This document shows positions 8,914 to 16,676 of a stretch of 26,258 nt of DNA, in pieces. The notes beneath the pieces are model-generated. The model did no database searches and was not told where the DNA came from. It worked only from the letters and a program-made list of their open reading frames with translations. The DNA comes from a virus. Its lineage: Duplodnaviria; Caudoviricetes. Every line of letters starts with the position of its first letter. Position 1 is the stretch's first letter. The stretch is taken from the IMG/VR virus record IMGVR_UViG_3300044723_000445, positions 1 through 26,258 of that record, one strand, 5' to 3'. Made by a program: the position numbers and the translations under genes.

Positions 8914-9669
8914 CTACGATGTAGCTCCATAAATATTCCCGTTATTTGTTATGTTTACCGATGCACCTGAATTTAATCTAACTGCTTTTCCTGCATCACC
9001 TCCCGGTCCACCTGATCCAATAACTCTACAGTTTGGACTACCTGCAGGACCACTTCCTGCTGCACCTCCTTCACCTACGTTACCCCAAGTTCCTCCTGCT
9101 CCTCCAGTAGAAGCTGCTCCCGATGATCCACTTGTATTAGTATTGGTAGGAGGAACATCAAAGCTTGCACCCTTACCTCCATTACCTCCTACTAGATTAG
9201 TACAATCACTACAATCCCCTGATTCATTATCAAATATATTACAGGTTCGGTATCCTCCTCCCCCGCCACCACCGCCGCCACCTCCGGCAATGCTTGCGCC
9301 TGAAGCATTAGTAATAGATGCGGTAATATTTTCTAAACTAATAGCATCTCCGCCATTTCCACCTGCACCACCGTTACTGCCAGCACTACCAGCACCACCA
9401 CCTAATCCACCTCTACCAATAATGTTACCATTATTAATTAAAATAAAATTACTTCCTGCAACAAGATGAGCAGTAAATGCTGGTACATTAGTAACTTGGC
9501 TAAAAACATTTACACCACTATTAATAACAACCGTAGCGTCAATGGGGTCTATACCATTCCAACCATAACTACCTTGTAAAACATTAGACAGATTATAATT
9601 TTCTGTATCTGAAGTGATATTTAATGTTTGACCTGTAAATCGTCTTCTTCCAAAAAATAAAATAGACAT
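8914..9669 (-). CDS. Glycine-rich adhesin-like receptor-binding protein 2 (T2 gp38-like polyglycine architecture)
   Basis: Segments NNGNIIGRGGLGG, GGNGGDAI, IAGGGGGGGGGGG, GGTWG, GGDAGKAV, GNIYGATS separated by variable loops. Confidence 0.7.
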   Translation of the reverse strand: MSILFFGRRRFTGQTLNITSDTENYNLSNVLQGSYGWNGIDPIDATVVINSGVNVFSQVTNVPAFTAHLVAGSNFILINNGNIIGRGGLGGGAGSAGSNGGAGGNGGDAISLENITASITNASGASIAGGGGGGGGGGGYRTCNIFDNESGDCSDCTNLVGGNGGKGASFDVPPTNTNTSGSSGAASTGGAGGTWGNVGEGGAAGSGPAGSPNCRVIGSGGPGGDAGKAVRLNSGASVNITNNGNIYGATS

Positions 9670-9670
9670 T

Positions 9671-10447
9671 TTAACTTGTAGCCCCGTACACGTTTCCAGA
9701 ATTATTTAAGGTATTAGACGCACCTGACCCTACAGAAATTGCTTTACCTGCAGCACCACCACTACCGGGAGTTCCAGTTGAACGACATTGGGTAGGTGGG
9801 TTTGCCGAAGCAGTACCTCCAGTTGCTGCAACATTTCCCCAAGTTCCTCCAGTACCTCCAGTCCCGCCATTACCACCAGAATTACTTTGTCCCGCACTGC
9901 CAGCAGTTGCATTATTAGTAGCGGGATTATCGGTGCTTGCTCCTGCACCACCTGCACCTCCACTGAATGAAACTTGTCCGCTACACCCTGTTTCTGGGTC
10001 ATAACTTCCTCCACCTGTGCCGCCAGCACCTCCACCGCCACCACCACCGGCACCAGCAATGTTAGCTCCCGAAGCATTGTTAATAACACAAGTTAGATTT
10101 GTAAGATCAATAGCGTTTCCACCAGCCCCACCTGCTCCACCATTAGGACTGCCAGCACTACCTCCAACACCACCTCTTCCCGCTATAGTTCCGCTATTGT
10201 TAATTGTTAAATTAGAACCTGCAACAAGGTCGGCTGTAAGAGCTGCAGTTCCTGTTGTAGTTGCTCTAACATTTATGCTTGAATTAATATTCAGAGTAAC
10301 ATCAATAGCACTTATGCCATCCCAACTATAATTATTTACAAGATCATTTCTTAAATTATAATCAGCAGTATTAGCAGAAATTGTGATAATAGTTCCAGTA
10401 TCAAATATTGTAATACCACCTTGAACTATAGGTATTGGAAAAGTCAT
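9671..10447 (-). CDS. Glycine-rich adhesin-like receptor-binding protein 1 (paralog of 8914-9669)
   Basis: Same framework (YNL, WDGI, LVAGSN, IAGRGG, NASGA, GGTWGNV, GKA, GNVYGATS); directly follows the tail fibre gene. Confidence 0.7.
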   Translation of the reverse strand: MTFPIPIVQGGITIFDTGTIITISANTADYNLRNDLVNNYSWDGISAIDVTLNINSSINVRATTTGTAALTADLVAGSNLTINNSGTIAGRGGVGGSAGSPNGGAGGAGGNAIDLTNLTCVINNASGANIAGAGGGGGGGAGGTGGGSYDPETGCSGQVSFSGGAGGAGASTDNPATNNATAGSAGQSNSGGNGGTGGTGGTWGNVAATGGTASANPPTQCRSTGTPGSGGAAGKAISVGSGASNTLNNSGNVYGATS

Positions 10448-10448
10448 G

Positions 10449-12248
10449 TTACTGTAGTGCCTTTACAGTCAACATAGAGAATGTAGTTGTACCGTCATTC
10501 ACTCTTGTAATATAAAAGAAAAACTCATCTCCATCCGTAGTGGAAATTGTATCTCCGTCTACTTTAGTATAACCAGAAGTAGTTACTGTTCCTGCACTAG
10601 CATTATTCTTATATAAAATTACCATCGTACAATTCTTACTAGGAACACCTAATGTATGTGCGCCACCATTAATTGTATATTGGAAATTTCCATTATCAAC
10701 ATCAGGTGTGTAAGTACCAGTAGTCTGTGTACCTGCATTATAAGCAGCAGCACTAAATCCAGCAGTTAATTCATCTGCCGTATCAGCCTTTAATATATCA
10801 GGATCATAAGCCTCAACGTCACTTCCAATTGCCACTCCAAGATTCGTTCTAGCAGTTTCAGCATTATTCAAATCTGAAAGATTATTTGCAATAGCTAATC
10901 TAGTTCCAATGCTTGTGGCTAGAGTTGCGGATAGTGCTACCGCATAATCACTAACGGAAGTTATTCGAGTATTAGCAGTTCCTATACTAGTTGCCATTGT
11001 TGCAGACAACGCTACCGCAAAGTCACTAACAGATGTTATGCGAGTATTGGCTGTAGCTATACTTGTTGCAAGAGCAGCAGATACTGTAGCTAGTTCTGCA
11101 CTTGTAGCGAAGTTACTACCATCTCCAAGAATAGCATTAATAGAAGTTATAGCCGCATTAGAATTACCAATGCTGGTAGCTAGCGTAGCTGAAAGAGCAA
11201 CTGCATAATCACTGACAGAAGTTATTCGAGTGTTAGCAGTTCCTATGCTAGCGGCTAGTGTAGCTGAAAGAGCAACTGCATAATCACTGACAGATGTTAT
11301 ACGGGTGTTAGCAGTTCCTATGCTGGTTGCCATTGTTGCAGACAATGCTACCGCAAAGTCACTAACAGATGTTATCCTTGTGTTAGCTGTAGCAATGCTG
11401 GTAGCTAAAGCTGAAGATACGGCTGCTAGTTCAGCACTTGTAGCAAAGTTACTACCGTCTCCTATAATAGAATTAATACTTGTTATAGAATCTAGATTAG
11501 TTTTTGTAAGTGCCGAAACTGCTGCAACTTCTGTAACATTGGCGGCAGATACACCTGCCATTAAGAGTTCGTCAGCATCAATATTAGTTGCACTTAAAGT
11601 TCCAAAGACCGCAGAACCTGTAGCAACGAAAGCAGTACTAACTGAAACTGTACCAAAGTTTTGGTCTGCAGAAACAAGTATTGTACCACTTACAGGAATA
11701 TTACTTGATACTGCACCATCAACTGTAATTTTAATACCAGTACCTGCTTCAATAAACTTAACAGTACCACCTTCAGCAGAAGGAACATTGACAAGACCTG
11801 AACCATCACCTACAAAGAATCCTGCACTAACAGTGTCATTAAATGTAGCGGCAGATGCAGAAACTTTAGCAACATTAATTGTTGTGTCAGCTAAACTTAC
11901 AGCAATAGTAGGATTGCCTTCAGTACCATCTCCATTACCTATTGTTATGCCTGTACCTGCAGTAAGTGTTCTGCCGTATACATCTCCACTACTTACTGCA
12001 ACAAGACCTGTAATACCTGTTAGATCGGTAATTGCATTAATAGCTGATGCATTGGTTGTAATTGCAACACCATTAAGTTTAAATGTTCCATTAATATCTA
12101 CAGCACTTTTACTTAGTTTTAAAGCAGAGTTTTCTCCTGATCCATCCTGAACAGTTTGTTCAGTTGATGTTAGACCCGTATTATTTGATCCAACCTGCAG
12201 GAGTTGTTTATATGTATTTGCAATTAAGTTTCCAGTAAGTTTACTCAT
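10449..12248 (-). CDS. Tail fibre protein with coiled-coil repeats (599 aa from the likely start)
   Basis: Start MSKLTGNLIANTYKQLL by TAATG overlap at 12248. Fibre motifs AGTGITI..GDG..GNPTI, FVGDGSGL, NNLSDL..AETARTNLG, GSDVEAYD; 25-aa repeats; C-terminal beta domain. Confidence 0.85.
   Translation of the reverse strand: MSKLTGNLIANTYKQLLQVGSNNTGLTSTEQTVQDGSGENSALKLSKSAVDINGTFKLNGVAITTNASAINAITDLTGITGLVAVSSGDVYGRTLTAGTGITIGNGDGTEGNPTIAVSLADTTINVAKVSASAATFNDTVSAGFFVGDGSGLVNVPSAEGGTVKFIEAGTGIKITVDGAVSSNIPVSGTILVSADQNFGTVSVSTAFVATGSAVFGTLSATNIDADELLMAGVSAANVTEVAAVSALTKTNLDSITSINSIIGDGSNFATSAELAAVSSALATSIATANTRITSVSDFAVALSATMATSIGTANTRITSVSDYAVALSATLAASIGTANTRITSVSDYAVALSATLATSIGNSNAAITSINAILGDGSNFATSAELATVSAALATSIATANTRITSVSDFAVALSATMATSIGTANTRITSVSDYAVALSATLATSIGTRLAIANNLSDLNNAETARTNLGVAIGSDVEAYDPDILKADTADELTAGFSAAAYNAGTQTTGTYTPDVDNGNFQYTINGGAHTLGVPSKNCTMVILYKNNASAGTVTTSGYTKVDGDTISTTDGDEFFFYITRVNDGTTTFSMLTVKALQ
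10902..11487 (-). repeat. In-frame 25-aa (75 bp) tandem repeats in two blocks (3 + 2 copies)
   Basis: Unit TRITSVSD[FY]AVALSAT[ML]A[TA]SIG[TN]xx; each block is preceded by ITSIN[SA]I[IL]GDGSNFATSAELA[AT]VS[SA]ALATSIATAN. Confidence 0.95.
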
Positions 12249-12526
12249 TAAACCATATTCCATTCAGTTGTTTCGTTTTCCCACTCAGTCGTAGCTAGTT
12301 GCCAAGCAACATTTCTATCATTATTAAGAGGAGGTCTAGGATTACGAAGGGTTTCGTCATCTCTTGTATTAGGAGTTCTATTTTGTGGATGATTTTTTAA
12401 ATCAAAGTTTCCCTCAAAATCTTCAGGGCAAACCAGCATTCCGTAGCTATTCATACGCAATACTCTTAAAGGATATGCAAATCCACAAGTATCACAAAGT
12501 CCTTTAGCATTTTTATTTGTTGCCAT
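12248..12526 (-). CDS. Small phage protein with possible zinc-binding motif
   Basis: CDTCG...VCPED...HPQ; coupled to the fibre gene. Confidence 0.75.
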   Translation of the reverse strand: MATNKNAKGLCDTCGFAYPLRVLRMNSYGMLVCPEDFEGNFDLKNHPQNRTPNTRDDETLRNPRPPLNNDRNVAWQLATTEWENETTEWNMV

Positions 12527-12540
12527 AATACTACTCTATA

Positions 12541-13215
12541 TTAAATATATCCGAGTCTTGGTCTAATATACATGCTAGCTCGTTCTTTATCTTCAGTGTT
12601 AGCTCTTGCTAATAGCTCTTCATAATTTTGTTTTAACATTGTAATTCTACCTTCAGGAACTCCTGCTCTTTTCATAGACATGTAATATGCCAGACCAGCA
12701 GTTAGACAAGGTAGAAATCTTTTAGAAATATCAGCATTTTGAAGTGCTGATTTATTTATATCTTGAAGTTCACTAATTTTTTCTACTTTTAATTTGTCTG
12801 TAGAATTTTCTGGAATAGGCCAAAGAAATATTGTAGGATTGTCTCTATTTCTTTTAACAGTATATTGAGTAGGTCTACCTGTCTGTCCTTTACGAGGAAC
12901 TTGTAAATATTCTTCATAAGAAATACGATCTAACGGTAGATCAGTATTATCTCTATTTAAAATAACTTGCAAGGTATCAATAGTTGAATCACTAAGAGGA
13001 TATGAAGTAGTACTTGTAGAAAGAGATATAACAGATGCTTCTGTTGTCCATAATAAAATTTCTCTATTCTGCCAATCTTTTAACATTAGATTTAAAGAAC
13101 GACGAGCGGAGGCTGGCTCATGACCTAGAGTTTGTTCTCCTCCGATCATTTCCATTGCTTCTTGAATAACTTCGTCTATATCCAAATTAAATGTAAATGT
13201 TCCACTAGTCGCCAT
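12541..13215 (-). CDS. Head-tail adaptor / tail tubular protein-like 2
   Basis: MATSGTFTFNLDIDEVIQEA, ARRSLNLM..W.NR, TGRPTQY, LWPIP, GLAYY: helical ends around a beta core as in T7 gp11 / P22 gp4-type adaptors (inferred). Confidence 0.6.
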   Translation of the reverse strand: MATSGTFTFNLDIDEVIQEAMEMIGGEQTLGHEPASARRSLNLMLKDWQNREILLWTTEASVISLSTSTTSYPLSDSTIDTLQVILNRDNTDLPLDRISYEEYLQVPRKGQTGRPTQYTVKRNRDNPTIFLWPIPENSTDKLKVEKISELQDINKSALQNADISKRFLPCLTAGLAYYMSMKRAGVPEGRITMLKQNYEELLARANTEDKERASMYIRPRLGYI

Positions 13216-13220
13216 TTAAT

Positions 13221-13322
13221 TTATCCTTTTTTGCGTTTATAAGATGTAACTTTCTTTTTACGCTTTTTCTTTTGAGGAGGTTTGGTAATCTGTTGTGGTA
13301 TGTTTGATCTACCAATAGCCAT
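13221..13322 (-). CDS. 33-aa basic peptide (not in ORF track)
   Basis: MAIGRSNIPQQITKPPQKKKRKKKVTSYKRKKG; ATG overlaps the upstream TAA (TAATG) and the ORF fills the gap exactly. Confidence 0.75.
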   Translation of the reverse strand: MAIGRSNIPQQITKPPQKKKRKKKVTSYKRKKG

Positions 13323-13603
13323 TACTTTTTCTTTTTACTAGATGCCATTGCATATCTTTGACGAACAACACCACCCTTAGACATATACTTAGTTTTTTTC
13401 ATCTCTCTTCCTTTATATGTATCTTTTGCCATTTTGTCACCTGCTTTATTTTTAGCTGTAGTAGATAAATCTTTAAAGTGCATTACCTTCTTGGATGTTT
13501 TAGTATGTGTCTTTCCACTATGTATTGACCCATCTGGCATTTTATGAACTTCACCATAATAGGGTGTACCATCTTTAGTAAAATGTGCCATGCCTTTAGC
13601 CAT
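13322..13603 (-). CDS. Small basic His-containing hypothetical protein
   Basis: HFTKDG...HKMPDGSIHSGKTH; C-terminal MSKGGVVR; abuts both neighbours. Confidence 0.8.
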   Translation of the reverse strand: MAKGMAHFTKDGTPYYGEVHKMPDGSIHSGKTHTKTSKKVMHFKDLSTTAKNKAGDKMAKDTYKGREMKKTKYMSKGGVVRQRYAMASSKKKK

Positions 13604-13903
13604 CTAACACTTCCATCTTTTTCTAGCTTGTCTAAGTCTTGAGTTAGGATTCTTAGCAGCTTTAGGAAACTTCTTCATTTGTCCTGCTGATCTAGCACAA
13701 TAACTTTTACGTCTTACTGCTCTTTTACCAGTAGGTTTAGATTCTGTTACAGCAGTTTGAAGTTTACTACCGGGATTTTGCCTACGATATTTAGCTACTC
13801 CCTTTTTAGTCATACCGGCACCAGCTTTGGTAGGACGTTTATGACCACCACCGATGGTCATTCCTTTCATGCCTGTTCCTTTACGTTTTCTTTTTACTGC
13901 CAT
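13604..13903 (-). CDS. Small basic conserved phage protein (recalled as DUF6321-like; unverified)
   Basis: GAGMTKKGVAKYRRQNPGSKL...RRKSYCARSAG...NSRLRQARKRWKC. Confidence 0.75.
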   Translation of the reverse strand: MAVKRKRKGTGMKGMTIGGGHKRPTKAGAGMTKKGVAKYRRQNPGSKLQTAVTESKPTGKRAVRRKSYCARSAGQMKKFPKAAKNPNSRLRQARKRWKC

Positions 13904-13911
13904 AATATAAC

Positions 13912-14382
13912 CTATTTACTTTTCATAGCTTTACCAAAACCTCTTTGAGCTACTCCACAGCCTCTGGGTTTAATTTGACCACCCTTTGACTTAAATGTTT
14001 TAACCATTGTAGGCTTACCACCTACTCCTTGAGGCTTGGCTCTTTTTCTTTTAACAGCAGATTTTTTCTGAGATTCTGTCATACGTTGTGCTTTTGCGAG
14101 AGGAACACACTTAGGATACTTACGTTTTGTACCCTTAGTTGACTTTCTACCACACGGCTGATACTTACCGTTTTTCTTTGGTGCGCCAATGTCAACCCAC
14201 TTCTCATCTACCCATTTGCGTAATCCACCTCCAGTTTTCTTCTTAACAACTTTCTTTTTCTTACCATCGGGTTTTACTTTGCCACTACAAACAGCAGACG
14301 CATACATATTAGCATAAGCAGATGGATAAACATCAAACTTACGCTTTGCTGCAGCTTTACCTTTTGGACAGAGTTTAGCCAC
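13912..14382 (-). CDS. Basic conserved phage protein (156 aa; recalled as DUF5872-like; unverified)
   Basis: Likely GTG start at 14382 ([25 protein letters not shown]) overlapping the end of the 47-aa gene; [23 protein letters not shown]; C-terminal [20 protein letters not shown]. Confidence 0.8.
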   Translation of the reverse strand: MAKLCPKGKAAAKRKFDVYPSAYANMYASAVCSGKVKPDGKKKKVVKKKTGGGLRKWVDEKWVDIGAPKKNGKYQPCGRKSTKGTKRKYPKCVPLAKAQRMTESQKKSAVKRKRAKPQGVGGKPTMVKTFKSKGGQIKPRGCGVAQRGFGKAMKSK

Positions 14383-14518
14383 TTTTTCTTTTTCCCTTAC
14401 GCTTTTTTCCTTGACTAAGTGCAATAGCTACCGCTTGCTTTTGAGGATATTTTTCTTTTTTTAACTTACGAATGTTTGCACTAATTGTCTTTCGGCTTGA
14501 ACCTTTTTTTAATGGCAT
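14375..14518 (-). CDS. 47-aa basic phage peptide (not in ORF track)
   Basis: [47 protein letters not shown]; TAAGG RBS upstream; the [11 protein letters not shown] motif is familiar from phage morphogenesis regions. Confidence 0.85.
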   Translation of the reverse strand: MPLKKGSSRKTISANIRKLKKEKYPQKQAVAIALSQGKKRKGKRKSG

Positions 14519-14538
14519 TATTAAATCTTACCTTAGTT

Positions 14539-14868
14539 TTAATAACTACTCTTGGTTTTAATCTTACCACCACCCATCATAGCCTTACCATAACCACGTT
14601 GAGCTTGTCCACAGCCTCTAGGTTTATCTACTTTACCACCTTTTTTTCTGTGTATTACCATATCAGGATTTTCTTCACCTGATTTTCCTCTACGAGGTGA
14701 TCCTAATATATCTTTATATTCAGCATCAGATAGACCTCTTGCCCACTCTGGTCGATCATCAGTAGATTTTTTTCTATCTCGTAATAATTTTTTAGCATCC
14801 TTAGTTTTAGAATCACTTTTTTTCTTATCAAAAAATTTCTTTGATTTTTTAACTATAGTTCCTGCCAT
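14539..14868 (-). CDS. Small basic hypothetical protein
   Basis: Strong AGGAGG RBS; C-terminal RKKGGKVDKPRGCGQAQRGYGKAMMGGGKIK. Confidence 0.8.
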   Translation of the reverse strand: MAGTIVKKSKKFFDKKKSDSKTKDAKKLLRDRKKSTDDRPEWARGLSDAEYKDILGSPRRGKSGEENPDMVIHRKKGGKVDKPRGCGQAQRGYGKAMMGGGKIKTKSSY

Positions 14869-14880
14869 TTTAAACCTCCT

Positions 14881-15531
14881 TTAAGATTTTCTAACTGCAC
14901 CAGCACCTCGCATGGCTACGCCACACCCTCTGCCAATACCTACTTTACCACCGCTTTTAAGTCCTTCAAAGCCGCCTATTGTTCTTAGCTCATTTTCTAG
15001 TGCTTTCATATTAACATCTCCACCAACGTCTCCTCGCATCATTCTACCAGCTACATCAGCACCGGATGAATATGTTCCTTTATCAGTGACCTGTCCTTTT
15101 TTACCTACACCAGCCAATCCTGATGTTACCAAACGTCTAAGCTGTGCGGGTGATAAATCTTTTCTTTCAGGAGGTCTTTCCTTTGATCTAGCTGGAGCAT
15201 TAATAGAAAGTCTTTCTTCTTGCGTAGCACCTGCTCTAGCAGTTTCATTTGCACCTGCTCCTCGCATTTCTCTTTCTTGCTGCCTAATAAGTTTATCTAA
15301 TTCTCTTTGCTCAGACCTAGTTCTTTTTGGCTCTGATTTTTTCTCTGCAGCTTTTTTCTTTGCAGCTTTTTTCTTTACAGGTTTTTTGTCAGCCTCTGTC
15401 TTTGCAATTTTTTCAGCTTCTGATCTAGAGATATTTCTTGATTCCATTAGCTCTTTAACTTTATTAGAGGGACGACCCCTGCGGCTTTTTCTGCCTCTTT
15501 TAATAGTCTTTGAAATTTTTGATGCTGGCAT
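14881..15531 (-). CDS. Basic low-complexity protein (histone H1-like Lys/Ala tract, AT-hook-like motif)
   Basis: RRGRPS, KKPVKKKAAKKKAAEKK; C-terminal LKSGGKVGIGRGCGVAMRGAGAV; GGAG RBS. Confidence 0.8.
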   Translation of the reverse strand: MPASKISKTIKRGRKSRRGRPSNKVKELMESRNISRSEAEKIAKTEADKKPVKKKAAKKKAAEKKSEPKRTRSEQRELDKLIRQQEREMRGAGANETARAGATQEERLSINAPARSKERPPERKDLSPAQLRRLVTSGLAGVGKKGQVTDKGTYSSGADVAGRMMRGDVGGDVNMKALENELRTIGGFEGLKSGGKVGIGRGCGVAMRGAGAVRKS

Positions 15532-15540
15532 CTTATTCTC

Positions 15541-16671
15541 CTATTGAAAAAATACTTCTTTAATTTGATTATAGTTATCTAAAAAAGATTGCTTATCTAA
15601 AACTTTGCCATTATTTAATCTAATAATTCCTCGATTTTGATTTTTATGAACTTCACCTTTTTGGTGGGGCAACTGATTAGAATAGTCGATAAGAGATTGA
15701 TCTTTGTAAAAAGATAACATATAATTAATCATTTCGGAATTACGACCATGTTCTGGACTAATATATTTTCCTTGTTCTAAACAGGTATACATCATATACT
15801 TTTGAAATTCATCGCTATGGTAAAAAGAAAAAACATTATCTGCTCTATCAACTGAAATGTCCTTCATTAAATACCAAGGCCCAATAACTCTGTCTGTGTA
15901 TGCAAAATTAAATTTAATCCACCATAAAATTTTTAATGGGTTATTTTTAATATTTATCGGTGCTGCTTCAATAAAATTAGTTAATTCCTCAACAACTGTA
16001 TCACTATCACAATCTGGAATATTGTCTGCAATATCTTTTATTAGTTCTTGCCAAGATTTATCTTTATATAATCCATTTAAAATGTCAGGCCATTTAACTG
16101 TTTTTAAACCATGATAATAATAAATATTATGAACCGTACCATTTGATAATGTATTACCGGGGTGTCCTATAATTGACACAGAATCTTCTGGGTGAAGATC
16201 GGTGTTGTTAATTAATCTGTAATTATAACCGTTATCAACTATAAATTTATACAGAGCAGGATTAAATTGATTTAATGCTTTTCTATTGTTTGTGTCCTCA
16301 TCAAAAGTAAATACTGCTCTAATTTTATTTTTATCACAATTCTGTAAAAACCCTGCGTACATTGTTGCAGAATCAAAACCACCTGAAAGAAAAACGTCAA
16401 TATATTTATTGTCAGATAAAGAATTAATTGTATTAATTTTATTTTCAATACAGTTAATTAAGTCTACTTCTTCTATCTCCGTTGGCATTTTTAGTTGATA
16501 CTTAGGATCAATCTTATAGAAGTTTTTTAAAGTTCCTGTTCTATCAATAGGCTCAGATGGATGCCTACCTAAAACAGATAATAAAAATTTATACCATTCT
16601 GGATATTCTAATATTTTAAAAAATTTATATACCCTTAAAGAATGTAATTTAATAACTTTTAGTTCAGACAT
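15541..16671 (-). CDS. Second PP-loop ATP pyrophosphatase (asparagine synthetase-like, divergent)
   Basis: VFLSGGFDSATM PP-loop; LWWIKFNF and FYHSDEFQKY align with FWWWNFNL and FFRTDNFQKW of the 568-aa protein. Confidence 0.75.
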   Translation of the reverse strand: MSELKVIKLHSLRVYKFFKILEYPEWYKFLLSVLGRHPSEPIDRTGTLKNFYKIDPKYQLKMPTEIEEVDLINCIENKINTINSLSDNKYIDVFLSGGFDSATMYAGFLQNCDKNKIRAVFTFDEDTNNRKALNQFNPALYKFIVDNGYNYRLINNTDLHPEDSVSIIGHPGNTLSNGTVHNIYYYHGLKTVKWPDILNGLYKDKSWQELIKDIADNIPDCDSDTVVEELTNFIEAAPINIKNNPLKILWWIKFNFAYTDRVIGPWYLMKDISVDRADNVFSFYHSDEFQKYMMYTCLEQGKYISPEHGRNSEMINYMLSFYKDQSLIDYSNQLPHQKGEVHKNQNRGIIRLNNGKVLDKQSFLDNYNQIKEVFFQ

Positions 16672-16676
16672 AAAAC

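Noticed and set aside
8951-10331. Plus-strand Pro-rich ORFs (8951-9469, 9788-9970, 10017-10331) and the alternative-frame minus ORF 9730-10089
   Set aside because: Shadows of the Gly codon runs in the adhesin genes; no RBS or independent features.
8914-10447. Diversity-generating retroelement acting on the adhesin pair
   Set aside because: No reverse transcriptase in the window, and the paralogs differ throughout rather than only at adenines of a near-identical repeat.
10902-11487. CRISPR-like array
   Set aside because: Repeats are contiguous, in-frame and synonymous-variable, with no unique spacers.
11305-12150. 281-aa plus-strand ORF
   Set aside because: Codon-aligned antisense of the repetitive tail fibre gene.
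14912-15547. 211-aa plus-strand ORF, and other plus-strand ORFs such as 2230-2577, 18412-18735 and 23271-23585
   Set aside because: Fully antisense to well-supported minus-strand genes in a uniformly oriented operon.
15541-16671. QueC / 7-deazaguanine DNA modification gene
   Set aside because: Shares only the SGGxDS loop; lacks the C-terminal Cys zinc motif of QueC, and no folE, queD or queE neighbours are present.
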